DNA of 64,000 bases, taken from positions 111,476,001 through 111,540,000 of the forward strand of contig NC_083228.1 of assembly GCF_032191835.1 (NCBI RefSeq), read 5' to 3'. Origin of the DNA: Heteronotia binoei (lineage: Eukaryota). The notes beneath the pieces were generated by a model. The model did not search any database, had not been told where the DNA came from, and saw only the letters and a program-made list of their open reading frames with translations. How positions within the stretch are numbered: position 1 is the stretch's first letter; every line of letters starts with the position of its first letter. Below are positions 49,616 through 62,289 of this stretch, one piece after another. A program made the translations under genes and the position numbers.

Positions 49616-49982
49616 CCCCTCCCTCTCCTGCTTTTGTGGTTATGCATTTTCATAGTTAAATAAAACCATAAATATTGCTATGTCTGCAACCATTTTCTCA
49701 ATAGTTTTGAGCCTCTGTATAAAATGATATCAGTAAAAAGCAATGCTGTTTAATTTTTTTTTCTCTAAGACAAAATAGTGCTGGAGAAGAAAGGGAGAAA
49801 TGAAAGCACTGAGCCAGGAGCTTCCTACATGCAAAGCATTCACTTTACCACTGAGCTATCTTCTTTATTCTTCTTCATTCATCTTCTTCATTCAGATGGC
49901 TGTTAATGCACTTTTCCTTTGTAGCACAGTTGCTGTCATGGCTTCAGAAAGAAGATTACTTTGGAAATGGAAGGATGTTCCA

Positions 49983-50232
49983 GAACTAGCAACGTGTAGT
50001 GGTTTAAGAAGGGCAAACTCTAATTTGGAGAACTGGGTTTGATTCCCCTCTCCTCTACATAAAGGTGACCCTGGGCCAGTCACAGTTCTCTCAGAACTCT
50101 TTCCACCTACCTTGTTATGGGGAGAGGAAGGGAAGATGATTATAAATTGCTTTGAGATTTCTTAAAGTGAAAAAAGCAAGGTATAAAACTTCTTCTTCTT
50201 CTTCTTCTCCTCCTCCTCCTCCTTCTTCTTCA
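49983..50232 (+). mobile_element. Degraded Squam3-like SINE with expanded (ctt)/(cct) tail
   Basis: gtgtagtggtttaag...gggtttgattcccctc...ggtataaaacttcttcttc. Confidence 0.7.
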
Positions 50233-51695
50233 GAAATTAAGGGCAAAATAGTTCTTTTTATGAAGTGTGATGGCCTGAGACAATCTTTTAAAATATTTCT
50301 AACCATGAAAATTGTGCCTCCTGATATCCTTGTGTCTACCAGTAATCAAAACTGAAGAAACATATTGTTTTATATTGCAGTTCTCAAAACACTTATTAAT
50401 TTAATCCAGTGGCATTGCTTTGGTGTAATGGCTGGAGAATGGCAGTTCCACTTACCTTATTTTAGCACAGTAATGATGGCTTCCTTCTTTAGATTAGATT
50501 AACCGAAACAATGCCAACATGGGAACTACAATGATCTAATCAGCCTGGTTCACTGACAGACTTAACAAGCTTTTAATTGCCAGTTGTCAAAGTACTTCCT
50601 TACTATATCACAAAAGTTTATCTGTTCTGCTAGAATTGCAGTCTTGTAGCTAGCGTCACAGCTGTAAAGGTTGGTTTATTTGGCCTGCATGGTCAGGGGC
50701 CAGCAGCATAACAGCAGCTGACTATGGTGGGTGTCTGGCTTTACATGCTGCTGTAAACCTTTTCAGCATGAAGTGCACTGCAGCCAACCAAGATCAAATC
50801 CTGCTCTTGGTGGACAAATCAAATGACACATTTGCATCAAGAAGGCAACTGGCAAGAGCAGTCATGAGCAATGCTACTCACCTACAAGGGCCTGAATTGG
50901 CCACAGCCACTCCCTCAAAACAGTCCTCCACATTTAATCTTGAAAAGTTTTATCTTGCAAAATGCCTTTAGCTGTATCACAGGCTAAAAATTAACCTTTT
51001 ACTGGCTGCATGGGTCCAGTACTGACAACACATGCAGTCTGCTCTAAGGAGACTTCCAGGGGATCAGAATCCAGTAAGAGGCTATAAGGCAGAGTAGTAG
51101 GCAGGACAGAGAAGCTGCAGACAGATAGGAAACAGAGGCCAGGAGACTATGAAGAGCCTGCAGGGATAAGCAGATAACCATCTAAACAGGCATGTTGCTC
51201 ATGTGGACTCACTGCTGAATGTGGGGCCTAGCTGAGGAATTGAAGGGAGAGAGAACAACAGCAGGTGGGAAACCAAGTAACACCTTGCCTTCAGAGAACA
51301 TGGGGAGGAAAGAAACCCAAAAGCTGACAGGTGCTGAAGGCATGATTTCCCAGGATTCCCCTGGTTGATATCCTGGATCACTCAGGTTAGTCAGCAACAT
51401 GGAGGAAAAAATGGATGAAATAAACTCCTTTCTTACAAATAGGCTGGTGGGGCTGAGGCAAGTGGTTCTAAAAATCTGTTCTAGGGCCCCAGGGTATCAA
51501 ATGTGCTATACTGGGGAAACCATCCTGAGGGCAGGATACAGCAGCCAATTTTCTCACATTGGCACAGAGATACAATGACATTTCTCTAGATTTTGCTGAA
51601 TCAGGGAAAATTTGAGGAGTAAATACAGAGAGAGACAGTGGTCAACTGGAATTGCACAAAATATTCTCTAGTTCTGATTCTCAGGTAGAAATTAC

Positions 51696-51785
51696 TTATT
51701 TTTCTGAGGAGAATTTTTTTCCAATTTGCAGTGTTTTATCACTCTGCCTGTGCTTATCCAGCCACCATGCAGAGGTAGGAGAAAA
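51696..51785 (-). CDS. Open candidate exon
   Basis: Acceptor ctttcatttcatttacag, donor taa/gtaatt; 90 nt, phase 2-2; FLLPLHGGWISTGRVIKHCKLEKNSPQKN. Confidence 0.4.
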   Translation of the reverse strand, partial: FSPTSAWWLDKHRQSDKTLQIGKKFSSEK

Positions 51786-52117
51786 CTGTAAATGAAATGA
51801 AAGAGCTGAAAGGTGTAAGAAACTGCACATCCATAGAGCTCTGTACAAAATTTGGGAATAAAATAAAATAACGCATCCGTGCCACATCATAAACAAGCTC
51901 AGGTATCTGAAATTCGGACAGGGAGAAATTTCAAAGCATCCCTTCCAGTGCCGGATTTATGTATAGGCTAAATAAACTGGAGCCTAGGGCCTCTAAATCT
52001 AGGGGGCCTCCACAGCCCTGCCCCCACCCCCTCAGCGGGCAGTGTCCTCTCTCCTAAAGTTGCAAACCCAAGACTTCATGCTAGGGAAGGCAACTCGGGC
52101 CCGGCAACTATGAGACT

Positions 52118-52323
52118 CAAGGCCAGCTAGTGGGGCCCAAATTGAAAAGCTGGGGCCCAACTGAAAATTTTTTTGTGAAGCCCCAGTTCACAGCCAAAGT
52201 CTGCAGAAACTTAGAGATATAAATAAGATCCATCTAGATTGCCTTTGTGCGAGGGGGGCCCTTAGGAGTGGCTCAGGGGGCCAGTTTGGCAAAATTGCTC
52301 CAATTGCCTTAAGGCCAGCCCTG
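52118..52323. mobile_element. hAT MITE nested in the hAT left arm
   Basis: Ends caaggccagc / ggccagccctg; perfect 8-bp TSD atgagact. Confidence 0.88.
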
Positions 52324-53117
52324 ATGAGACTGTGCAAGGGTTGGATTGACAAGCCCTGCCCCTTCTAGGTCCCTGGTGCCACTATTCAGAGTACAGACTC
52401 CAGGACTCAAGAGCCAGCAGTGCAGAGTCAACAGCCAGCTGCACAGCCTTCCCCAGCTCAAGAGTCAGGTCAGTAGTGGTACATGCTGTGAGGGGTGGGG
52501 AGAGTGTGCGAGTGGGGGGCCAATTGGGGCAGATAGACTAGGCAAGCAAGCTCTCCCAAGTCCCTTCCATTTCTTCCCTCCTCCTTGACTTGAACGGAGC
52601 AAGCACATGTGACTGGCATTGGCCTCACCCCTCCCAGGCAGGGAAGTCTATTTTTCATACTTCACAGAGCCCTGTCTGTGCCTGCAGCATGCACTTGCAA
52701 CCCTTTTCTCAGAACTTCTTGGATATTAAAAGAAATATTGATGGTGTCAATTGTCATGCCAATAAATCCTAACAATACTGCTTCATACATTAATAGCAGA
52801 TTAATTGTTCTAAAACCATTACAGAATCTAATGAAAGTTTTACATATTTATTTTATATAACATTTTTTGGCAGTTGGCTCTTTTAAATGGCTAGTATTGA
52901 TTGTTGGACGGGAGCCTGGTGTTTGCTGCTGCTACAATTATTAGGTGAGAAATTAGTTAATTATTAACCTATGTTTTTGCATCATTTTCAAGCCTCCTAA
53001 CTATATGTGTCTCTGAGAAAATTATTTTGAATCCTTTTGACTATTTTAGGAGTTTATAAATTTTTGAAAATGTTTAGATTGGAAAATGATATTGTGCTAT
53101 AGGGTTGGCTTGTTGGA

Positions 53118-53966
53118 TGTGACACAATAGACTCAATCTTGTGTTTGCTTTAGTTTAGGTTGTTTAGTTTAGTTAAAATGGCCACCCACCCTGGGAAGTA
53201 GGGCAAAACTCCAGGGTAGGCCTACAAATCCCAGATGCCTCTATGGCCAAAAAGTGCAGGAAAGTCAGGGAGCAGAGTCAGAAGATATAAATGCTCCAAC
53301 CAGCCTGGGAGGGGGAGTCATCCTGCCACCTCAGAGAAGCAGGAAGCTCTTGCTGCAGATTGGCCACAGGCAGAGAGAGGCCTTGAGGATCAGGGAAGGC
53401 AGCAGTGGGAAGGGATCCTCAGAGGGGTCCAGAACTACTTGTAGAAGTCAGGAGGCCAGGCTGCAGGTTGGTAACTGAACCTCATCCTGAGGGGGAAAAA
53501 GTACTGGGATAGTTCAGTGACAGAGGAACCACCTTTTGTCTTATTTTATTTATTTATTTTATTTCTGTGTTTGATTTAAAGTGCCCTTTTGTCCTTAAAA
53601 TCCTGTTGCATGTAGTCAATAAAATCTTTGTTCTTTGTCTAAAACCCCAGTCTGGTGCACTGACCATGGAGTCTCCCCCACTCTGCCCACTACCAGTGCC
53701 TTAAGAAGAGTCCTGGGAGCGGAAAAGCCCCCAAATGTGCCAACCCTCCAAGAGAAACCCAAAGTTAGGGGTTTGCATCTCCAAACTCCAGGAGTCAGCC
53801 AGAGGGGTCTCACTGCCCCTCAAGAAAGGCATAGAGAAGTCAGTGAGTGGTGGCCGCTGAAGAGTGGTAGAAGCCCACCAGGGAGGTGGGAAGGTGAAGC
53901 GGGGCTCACGAGCCACAAATCGACTACAGTCCCCCAGGGCTGAGGGTGGGTGCCTGTTTCGCCACA
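53118..53966 (+). mobile_element. Solo LTR (about 850 bp) nested in the hAT
   Basis: tgtgac...gccaca termini; gatataaa near 53284, aataaa near 53618; flanks ttgga/gtgga. Confidence 0.7.
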
Positions 53967-54103
53967 GTGGAAAACTGAATTCTGCAACCTTTCAGCAGCA
54001 ACCATCTATACCTTGTGCCAATAGCCACTGATGGACCTCTGATCCATGTGTTTATCCAGTTGAAGATTAATTTTACTTTTTATTGTTAGAGTCTAATCTG
54101 AGC

Positions 54104-55391
54104 ATGAGTAAAAGATTTGAAAGTGGTGCTAGCAAGTGCAAGAGACAGAGACATAAAACTGCTATGGTCATGAAATTAAGACCAATCACTACTTTTGTGC
54201 ATCAACCACTCATTGGAGCAACAAGAGCCAGCAGTGAAGCTATCCAGCCTGAGCCAACTACTAGCATGCAACCAGACAAAAAACTCCCTGAAAGAGAAAC
54301 AATGAAGCAGGATGTGGAACAGCAAGCTGATTATGAGGAAGTAGCCATGATGCTGGCTCAAACTGAAAATATAGAACTAATTCAAGAGTCACTTACTGGA
54401 CAGGGAGAGGCTAAAGAGCCACAAGAAAATAATGTAAATAGTCAGATTTTGCAGTTCACACCTGGTAAAATAGGCCAAGTCCAAGGTGCTCCAGATGCAG
54501 ATAAAGATAATGCCAAACATAGATCTACTCTAACAGATGTTGGTTTGTGGTCAGAATTATCACATGAAGAAGTATCCTATTGGGTAGAGAGGGGTCCCTC
54601 TCAAGTTTTGCCCCGTTGTGGACCATTTTCAAATTCCAAGCGAGTGTGCAAAAAACAGTCCAGGCTTTGCACAAAAGCTCTTTTTTATTCAACAAAAGCA
54701 AATGGGGAAACATATAGCCAAGAGTGGCTTGTATATTCTCAATCAAAAGGCTGGATTTATTGCTTTGTTTGTAAACTCTTTCCAAACCTTGCATCTTCTT
54801 CCACAGTTTTAGCTGCTGAAAGGTTTGATAACTGGCAAACCCCCACCTTATCCAAACTCATGAAAGGGAAGCATAGGAATGCCTAACAAGGAAGCAAGGG
54901 CAAACGTTAACTTCCAAACTAGAGGATCAAATAAAAGCAGAACACAATACTGGCAGCATGTCATGGAGAGAATTATTGCTGTAATATGCATTCTTGTAGA
55001 ATGAGGCTCACCATTCAGAGGAGACAATGAACACTTTGGATCTCCAAATAATGGCAATTATCTTGGTCTTTTAGAACTAGTGGCAAAATTTGATCCATTT
55101 TTACTTGCTCATATCAATTGGTATGGACATTCTGGATCAGGCAATCCCTCTTATCTGTCAAAAACAATATGTGAGGTGAGGAAATGATTCAACTCATGGC
55201 AAAAGGTTAAGGTTAGGTTAGCAGTCAAGTTAAAACAGATAAAAGAAAGTACTTCTTCACCCAAAGGGTGATTAACATGTGGAATTCACTGCCACAGGAG
55301 GTGGTGGCGGCTACAAGCATAGAAAGCTTCAAGAGGGGGTTAGATAAAAATATGGAGCAGATGTCCATCAGTGGCTATTAGCCACAGTGTG

Positions 55392-55424
<33 letters not shown>

Positions 55425-55427
55425 ATG

Positions 55428-55458
<31 letters not shown>

Positions 55459-57000
55459 TTTGGACACTGTGTGACACAGAGTGTTGGACTGGATAGGCCA
55501 TTGGCCTGATCCAACATGGCTTCTCTTATGTTCTTAAGGATGCAATTTTGGCTGATGTGAGAAAGTCTGGATATTTCAGCTTTTCAGTAGATTCCACTCC
55601 TGACATTTCACATTCTGATCAGTTGACTTTAATTATCAGATATGTATCACCTGAAGACGGTTTGCCAACTGAGAGATTTTTAACTTTCCGTGAGCTAAAA
55701 GACCACTCAGGAGAAAGCATGGCTAATTTAGTAACTATTTCACTACTGAGCTTGAAATTGACTTTAGAAAATGCTTTGGGCTGTCTTATGACAACACTGC
55801 CAACATGGCTGGTAAGTACAGCAGTATGCAGCAAAAAATCATTGAAAAAAACCAGTTTGCAAGATTTATTCCATGCGCAGGTCACTCTTTAAATCTGGTG
55901 GGCTGTTCAGCTGTAGATTGTTTCCTTGATGCAGTGAACTGTTTTGGCATTATCAAAGAATATCTTCTTTTCATCCTCCACAAAGAGATGGGGAGTTCTG
56001 CCCCCTCAGTCTAAAGTACCTAAATATTTGTCAGACACTAGGAGCGACACACACGTAAAAGCCACAGAAGCTGTTTTGGATTACAGTGCTATCACTGTTG
56101 GCCTCAGTCATTTGTACTCTGACGTTAATGGGAAGGGGGAGACCAGGCTTCAAGATAACAATCTTTTGTAAAAAATGGAAGAACTGGAATTTGTGTTTAC
56201 CCTGCATTTTTGGACTCATGTGCCAGGTCATTTTTCACAAGGTTAGCAAAGCCCTTCAGAAATCAGACCTGTTATTGAGTTCCTGTGCAAGTTTTTACAA
56301 TTCACTTCTGGATTTTTAAAGGAAAATTAGAGAAGATTTTGATGAGCTTGAGAAACAAGCAAAAGCCATCTTGCCAAATGTTAACTACAAAACAAGAAGA
56401 CAAAGAGTAAGGGAACGGCAAAGAAATGACAGAAGTGCACCTGATGCCTTAGAAGCACTTTCTTCAAGAGATACGTTTAGAATAAAATCTTTTATTCCTA
56501 TATTAGATGCACTTGAAGCCATTTTAAAAAGAAGTACTGTGCACAGTGATGTTGCACAGTTGTTTTCCATTCCATTCCATCCATCTGACAGCATCTAAGC
56601 AAGAAATTCAGCAAGGCAGCACACCCAGAAGATATTGACCTGAAACTTATTGATGAACTTTTGCACTTTCACCTGTATGTGAGACAAAGCCATAGGCTTT
56701 CAGAAGAGCACTCTCTGTCTCATAAAGACCTTTATCAAATTATATACAAGGAAAAAAATCAGATGGCCTTTCCTAATGTGGAAGTGATCTTGCGGCTATT
56801 TCTTAGCTTTATGGTCACTAATTGCCTGGGAGAGAGGAGTTTTTCAAGACTCAAAAAAAAGAATTAAGGGCCACAGTGTCTCAAGAGAGTTTGTCCACAC
56901 TGTGCATTCTGCACATTGAAAGTGACAAACTTAGACAAACAAATTTTGATGAAGTTTTGGATGATTTTGCTATGAGGAATGCTAGAAAAAAACATTTTTA
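54104..57000 (+). pseudogene. hAT transposase, multiply disrupted
   Basis: MSKRFESGASKCKR, EWLVYSQSK..YCFVCKLF (TTF zinc finger), RGDNE..GS.NNGNYLGLLE, SVDSTPDISH, PCAGHSLNL, C.GERSFSRLK. Confidence 0.93.
55213..55533 (+). mobile_element. CR1 3' end inserted in the transposase
   Basis: KYFFTQRVINMWNSLPQEVV, (ta)/(tg) microsatellite, tail ttctcttatgttc; TSD ttaagg. Short antisense CR1 piece also at about 53995-54060. Confidence 0.9.
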
Positions 57001-57296
57001 GTCTTTGATTTTGTATTTGATGGTTGTATTTTACTTCTTAATATGTATTTTAAATGGCAACATAAAGTAGATTCTGAAAGTTCCACACTGTCAGGTAATC
57101 ATGGTCATATTATTTACACTTCCCAGGCAATATAATTTGTAAACTCAATGGGTTTTTTTAAAAGAATAATATTACAACTTCATTTTTCTAAAAAATAATG
57201 TTTATTCCACAATAAGTTTACAAAGTTCAGTTACTGCAAAAGTTTTTCAGTGTTAAAGTTAACATGTATGCATTTTTTTCAATCACTATGGTATTT

Positions 57297-57569
57297 TTAG
57301 GGTTTGTAGAATCTTTCGGGCTCAAGTGCCGTGTTCTACTGGAGAAAGTTTTCCTTCCAGACGTTTCGTTCACAGCTGCGGAGAACATCCTCAGTGGCGT
57401 TGCCGCCGGAGCAGGCGCTCTGATCTTCTTGGCTGCTGTGCATTGAGTGGGGCCAGGGCTGCTGGAGAGCTGCTATTTCTAGGCTGGAGGGGGTGTGGTG
57501 AAAGGGCAATTGGTTTGTGGATATGCCCATTGTTTGGTGGGGCTTCCTGGAAGGGTAGTGATAAGGAAA
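57297..57569 (-). mobile_element. Penelope-like (pLTR) fragment nested in the hAT right arm
   Basis: Flanked by atggtattt direct repeats; contains gaaacgtctgg...tagaacacggc...gcccgaaaga typical of squamate Penelope ends. Confidence 0.8.
57357..57397 (-). ncRNA. Minimal type I hammerhead ribozyme
   Basis: Minus strand cca-CTGAGGA-t-gttc-tccgcagctgt-gaac-GAAA-cgtc-tgg: stem I cca/tgg, stem II gttc/gaac, palindromic ACGU stem III, GUC cleavage triplet. Confidence 0.8.
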
Positions 57570-58515
57570 ATGGTATTTATGGTATTTAACAATAACATCT
57601 TATGTCCTTTAGAGAAGAAATTGTGAATTACAGAATTTTAAATACCTGTCATCATCCTTGGCTTCACTCAATTTTGTTTATAACACTCTTCCATTTTCTT
57701 ATAATTGTGAGGGTGGGGGATTGGGAGGGGCTTCACAAGTGGAGTATCCTAGGGCCTCTCTTCATCTAAATCCAGCCCTGATCTCTTCATAGTTTCAGCT
57801 CAGATTTTAGCTATGTTCAGTCATTCAATATCAACCTACAGGTAGTCTCCAGACTACACAGATCTGTCCTCGTTGAGAAAATGGCAGCATTGGGACACAG
57901 ACTCTATGGCATCATCAGGGCTGGCACTAGAGAGTTGACCAGGTAGGCTGTGGTCTAGGGTGCCATCTGGCCACAGGGGTGGCAGGCACCCCTCCCTGCA
58001 CAGGCCTCCCTTCACCACCCCCTCCACTGCAGAAGCTGCCACCACATAGAGTCCCCCAGGATCCTGGCATGACTGGCCTGAGCCTGAGGGCACCAAGCTT
58101 GCCTGCCTGCCTGCCATGGGGCTGCTTGCTCAACAGTTATCTGTGGCCAGTGGCACAAAAGGACCCCTCCTTGGCTTCTCTGTTAGGGTGAAGAATCGCC
58201 TCCCTCTTTCCACCCCTTCCCCCAAAGTGGTCTTCATGCCTCCTCAGAGTGTGCTCCTCCCCCTCCCTTCTGGGTCCCAGGACTCCAGGGCAAAACCTGA
58301 ACATATCTGCAGGGTGCATGGAGGTAGGGTGGGCCAGGCCGGGCCGGGCCGGGCTTTCCTCTTGGCTGCTGTCCTGAGAGCCAGAGGCAAGATGAAGGGC
58401 TGAGTGTGGCATGGTGGCATCTCCCTGTGCAGCCCTCTCCAGAGCGAAGTGTGCCTCTTCACTATCCTGACCATCCTGTCCAACTTCCCTCCAGCAACCA
58501 CTCATAGAGGGCTCA

Positions 58516-58760
<245 letters not shown>

Positions 58761-59329
58761 TGAGTTGGGGGTCTCCATGCCCTGCCTGCCTTAGGTCGCA
58801 GTTATTGCAGACAAGCTGCCCGTGCCTCGTTTGGCCACCAAATACTCTAAATCAGGGTGGTCACAGAATTCAAGATTGAGAATCTGGGAGTGGCTAGCTG
58901 CAACCTCAAAATATGGCTTTGAAGTTTGAACTACCCCAAATTATGCATCCAAAATGAAGCAGGAGTTATGAATGACAGTACACCCCAGAAAAGAGTATTT
59001 TGATATATCACAAAACTGATAGAGATTAACCAAAAAATGGTAGGCACCATGGGAAAACACAATGCCATCAGATATTGCAAGCCCAACCCAAATGCACTGT
59101 GCATGCTGTTTAAAGAGCTAATTTGAAAATGGCTGTTTTTATAATATTTAGCATCGCTTCTGGAATATTATCCATCCTTGATCCCGTTTTTTGCAGATAT
59201 ATTTTTCTCATCTCTGGTTTTGCTGCTTTGATGTGTCTGAGGCATGTAGGGATTTTGAACAACTGAACAGAGCTGTTTTCTAAACAGGAACTACTATTTC
59301 CAAATGCCAAACAACATCCCATTTTTGTT

Positions 59330-59790
59330 TTTATTGTATTTATTTACTTTATTTGTAGTCTCACTGGGACTCAAGGTGGATTATACAGAGTGAGTCAATG
59401 CAACCAACAAGATGGAACGTTCAGTGAACAATGCAGTAGGATTAGGGTTGTAGAACCAATCAGAAGTCTAAAAACAGAATTGAAGCAAAGCATAAGTAAC
59501 AACATATTAAATGATTCAGAATTCCATAGCAGGATCCTAGTTTCAGCAAGCTATACACAGTAGTAAAGACCACAGTCCCTAATCATTTTTCCAAGTAACT
59601 TTGTGAGTTGTTTAGTACAGTGCAAGTCTATTACCTGTGTAGAAACACCAGAGAACTAGGTGAGTGGGAGCCCTCCTGACTTCCTCAGGCAGGTTGTTCC
59701 ACAGGGTATGGGCCACCATGGAGAAGGCATGTGTATGAGCAGTTGTTGATTTTTCCCAGTTGCAGTTGCCAAAGATTCTTCACTGATAAT
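59330..59790 (-). mobile_element. Old L2 3' fragment
   Basis: ttctccatggtggcccataccctgtggaacaacctgcctgaggaagtcagg and (aata)n tail on the minus strand. Confidence 0.65.
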
Positions 59791-60003
59791 AAGTCTGGAT
59801 AGCATGGTTGAAAAGCTCCTCCATCTTGGCAGGACAACATGACTCACACCTTAGCAGAAATGATGACCTTTTTAAAAAGTTGGCTGACATAGATGACAGA
59901 AACATTAAAATGACAAAACCATCCTGTTACATTAGCAACAAAACAGCGATTTTTTTAAATGATAGGGACAGCTTGTTAAGAATAGTGAAGGCTGGCCTCT
60001 TAC

Positions 60004-60351
60004 CTTTTTCCTTTTCATGTAGACAAGAGATCACACATCTGATGGAAACAGTAATGACCTTCATGCAGGACTTCTATGACCTAGCACTTGCTAATTCTGA
60101 ACAAGAATCCCATGAGTTCCCCAAGACTGCTTTTTCAGCCAATTGTGTCGATGTTAATTGACTTTAGATGGAGATGCCTTTTTTCTTGAGCATTCAGCTC
60201 CTCTGCCAATTTTACCTCCTGGTTTTTCTCCAGTGTTTGTTTGTGCATTACAGTTTTCATTTGTGTCAGCTCCCGAGTGAATCCTGCATTCCTTTTGATC
60301 ATGCTTCATATCTCCTGTTTTTATTATTTGCGTCATCTGTTTCATGTTTGT
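60004..60351 (-). pseudogene. Degraded candidate exon
   Basis: Acceptor ttctctgcaaccag, donor aag/gtaaga; coding-like frames broken by stops and frameshift (KECRIHSGADTNENCNAQ..., SQLTSTQLAEKAVLGNSWDSCSEL...). Confidence 0.35.
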
Positions 60352-60599
60352 CTGGTTGCAGAGAACTGAGTCGTCACATCTGTATTGTTGCAGAAATGTT
60401 TCATGATGTGTAAATCAATCATTAGAGGAGGAAAAATTAAACGATAGCTCTTGCTTGTGAGGCACTATTAGACCACAGTACAAGGCATTTTTCGCTAACT
60501 ACCTAATCAGTTTTCTATATCTAGAGAAGTGTTGTCAACATTATCCTGTTGTAAGGGAGAAAATGTTACTGACATGATTATGGAGATAATAGTGGAAAG

Positions 60600-61110
60600 G
60601 GAGGCCGAAGTCTCAAGGGACACTGTCCTTTCCATTTCTGATGGTGTTAGGGTTCTGATGGGGTCTAGCTGACACTTGCTAACTCAGGAGCCTAGGGGTT
60701 ATACTGGACCTAGCATTATTGCAAGAGAATCAAGTTAATGTCACTGCAAAAAAAGAAAAAAAGAAAGACATCCTTCCAGCTTCATTTAGCCAAGAAGAGA
60801 GGCTTCCTATCTTGACTCAGCTGGTCCTTCCTTGACATGGATCCATGCTATCTTTACCTTGAGGCTAGACTGTTGCAGTTTGCTCTGCACGGGCTTGTCC
60901 TTAGAGTCAACTTGGAAACCAGTTGGTACAGAATGCTACAACTTTAATAGGAGCTGGGCAGAACATGCCTATCACATCCACTCTATGGACACCACGCCAA
61001 CTACTGAAGTCCATTGAATTCCCCAAAATGTTGCTCCTGGGGATCAGCACTGGGGAACAGCATTGGGGCCAAGTCTTCAGTGAGAGGTCTTCATTTCCTC
61101 CTCTTCCAAA
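60600..61110 (+). mobile_element. Degraded L2 RT fragment
   Basis: TWIHAIFTLRLDCCSLLCTGLSL...VQNAT. Confidence 0.7.
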
Positions 61111-61137
61111 GATTTAAGCACTATTTGGAAGTGAGAA

Positions 61138-61428
61138 GAAGAAGAAGAAGATGATGATGATACTGGATTTATATCACACCCTTCACTCTGAAACTCAGAG
61201 TCTCAGAGGGGCTCACAATCTCCTTTATCTCCATCCCCCACAATAAACACCCTGTGAGGTAGGTGGGGCTGAGAGAACTCTTATAGTAGCTGCCCTTTTC
61301 AAGGACAAACTCTATAAAAGCCGTGACTGACTCAAGGCCATTCCAGCAGTTGCAAGTGGAGGAGTGGGGAATCAAACCCAGTTCTTCCCGATAAGAATCC
61401 GTGCACTTAACCACTACATCAAACTGCT
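61138..61428 (-). mobile_element. Squam3-like SINE
   Basis: Similar to 35843-36123. Confidence 0.88.
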
Positions 61429-61539
61429 TCACATTAAAGATAGTTAATGAGATTATATCACCTCTGCCCTGAAAGATCTACACCAACCCATTTGTTTCTG
61501 GTCACAATTAAAAAAACTGGTAGTTTGAAGTCAGGATAG

Positions 61540-62020
61540 CTGAAGCACCGCCTCCCACCAGTTAAGATCTGCTTTTCAAGCCCTGTTCTCTGTGGCTTTG
61601 CCTGCAGAGGTGAGGAGGTGGTGACTAGAGACAGCATTTTCTGTGATGGCACCTCATCTCTGAAAGGCCCTCCCCTTTGAGGTGCCTACTTTCCTTTCCT
61701 TTAGACACCAGGCCAAAGCACAACTTTTAACCCAGGATTTTAAGTAAGGATTTTATCTAGCCAGCTGTTTAAATGTTCAGCTTCTGTTTTATGTATAGTT
61801 TTTTATGCTGTTTATGCCCAATGATTCATTTTTAACAACTGGTTTCTGTATTGTTCACATTATAAGTTGCCTTGAGCAGGACTCTGTTTTAATTTGACTA
61901 CAACTGTTTTAATTTGACAACAATTGACTAATTTATGTATTTATTGAACTGTTGTTTACTGTCCTGGGCCCTTTGAGGGGAGGGCAGTCTATAAACCAGA
62001 TAGATAAATAAACAAATAAA
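61540..62020 (+). mobile_element. Old L2 3' end
   Basis: gcattttctgtgatggcacc...ccaggccaaagc...gagggcagtctataaa plus (aata)n tail. Confidence 0.6.
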
Positions 62021-62289
62021 TGTAGTTGCAACATCTGAAAAGCCCCAGTTCAAGAAGCCCTGGACAACTTCCAGCAGGATTAAGTTCAGTACAGGACCGG
62101 AATCCTTCTACTAGTTTTTATTTTTATAATAATTTACGACAGATATCTTGAAAAATACATTTTTTATCATTTACAATATCTCATAACTGTACATGCATTT
62201 GTCCATGTCTCTTTATTTCTCATAAACCAATCTGGTGGCATGGCATGCTGCTGTCCAGAATCTGAAAAATGCAATTCAAATGAGGGTAG

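Larger units (their letters stand above)
51946..57780 (+). mobile_element. Full-length decayed hAT transposon (ZMYM1-like/DUF4371 transposase)
   Basis: TIRs cagtgccggattta / taaatccagccctg; 8-bp TSD atcccttc/atctcttc. Confidence 0.93.

Noticed and set aside
6500-58400. CCDC60 exons expected upstream of TMEM233 by synteny
   Set aside because: None of the candidate exon peptides resembles CCDC60 as I recall it.
59129-59255. Hydrophobic plus-strand ORF as TMEM233 exon 2
   Set aside because: Lacks the SLNSY...GARRLG motif and has no in-frame acceptor.
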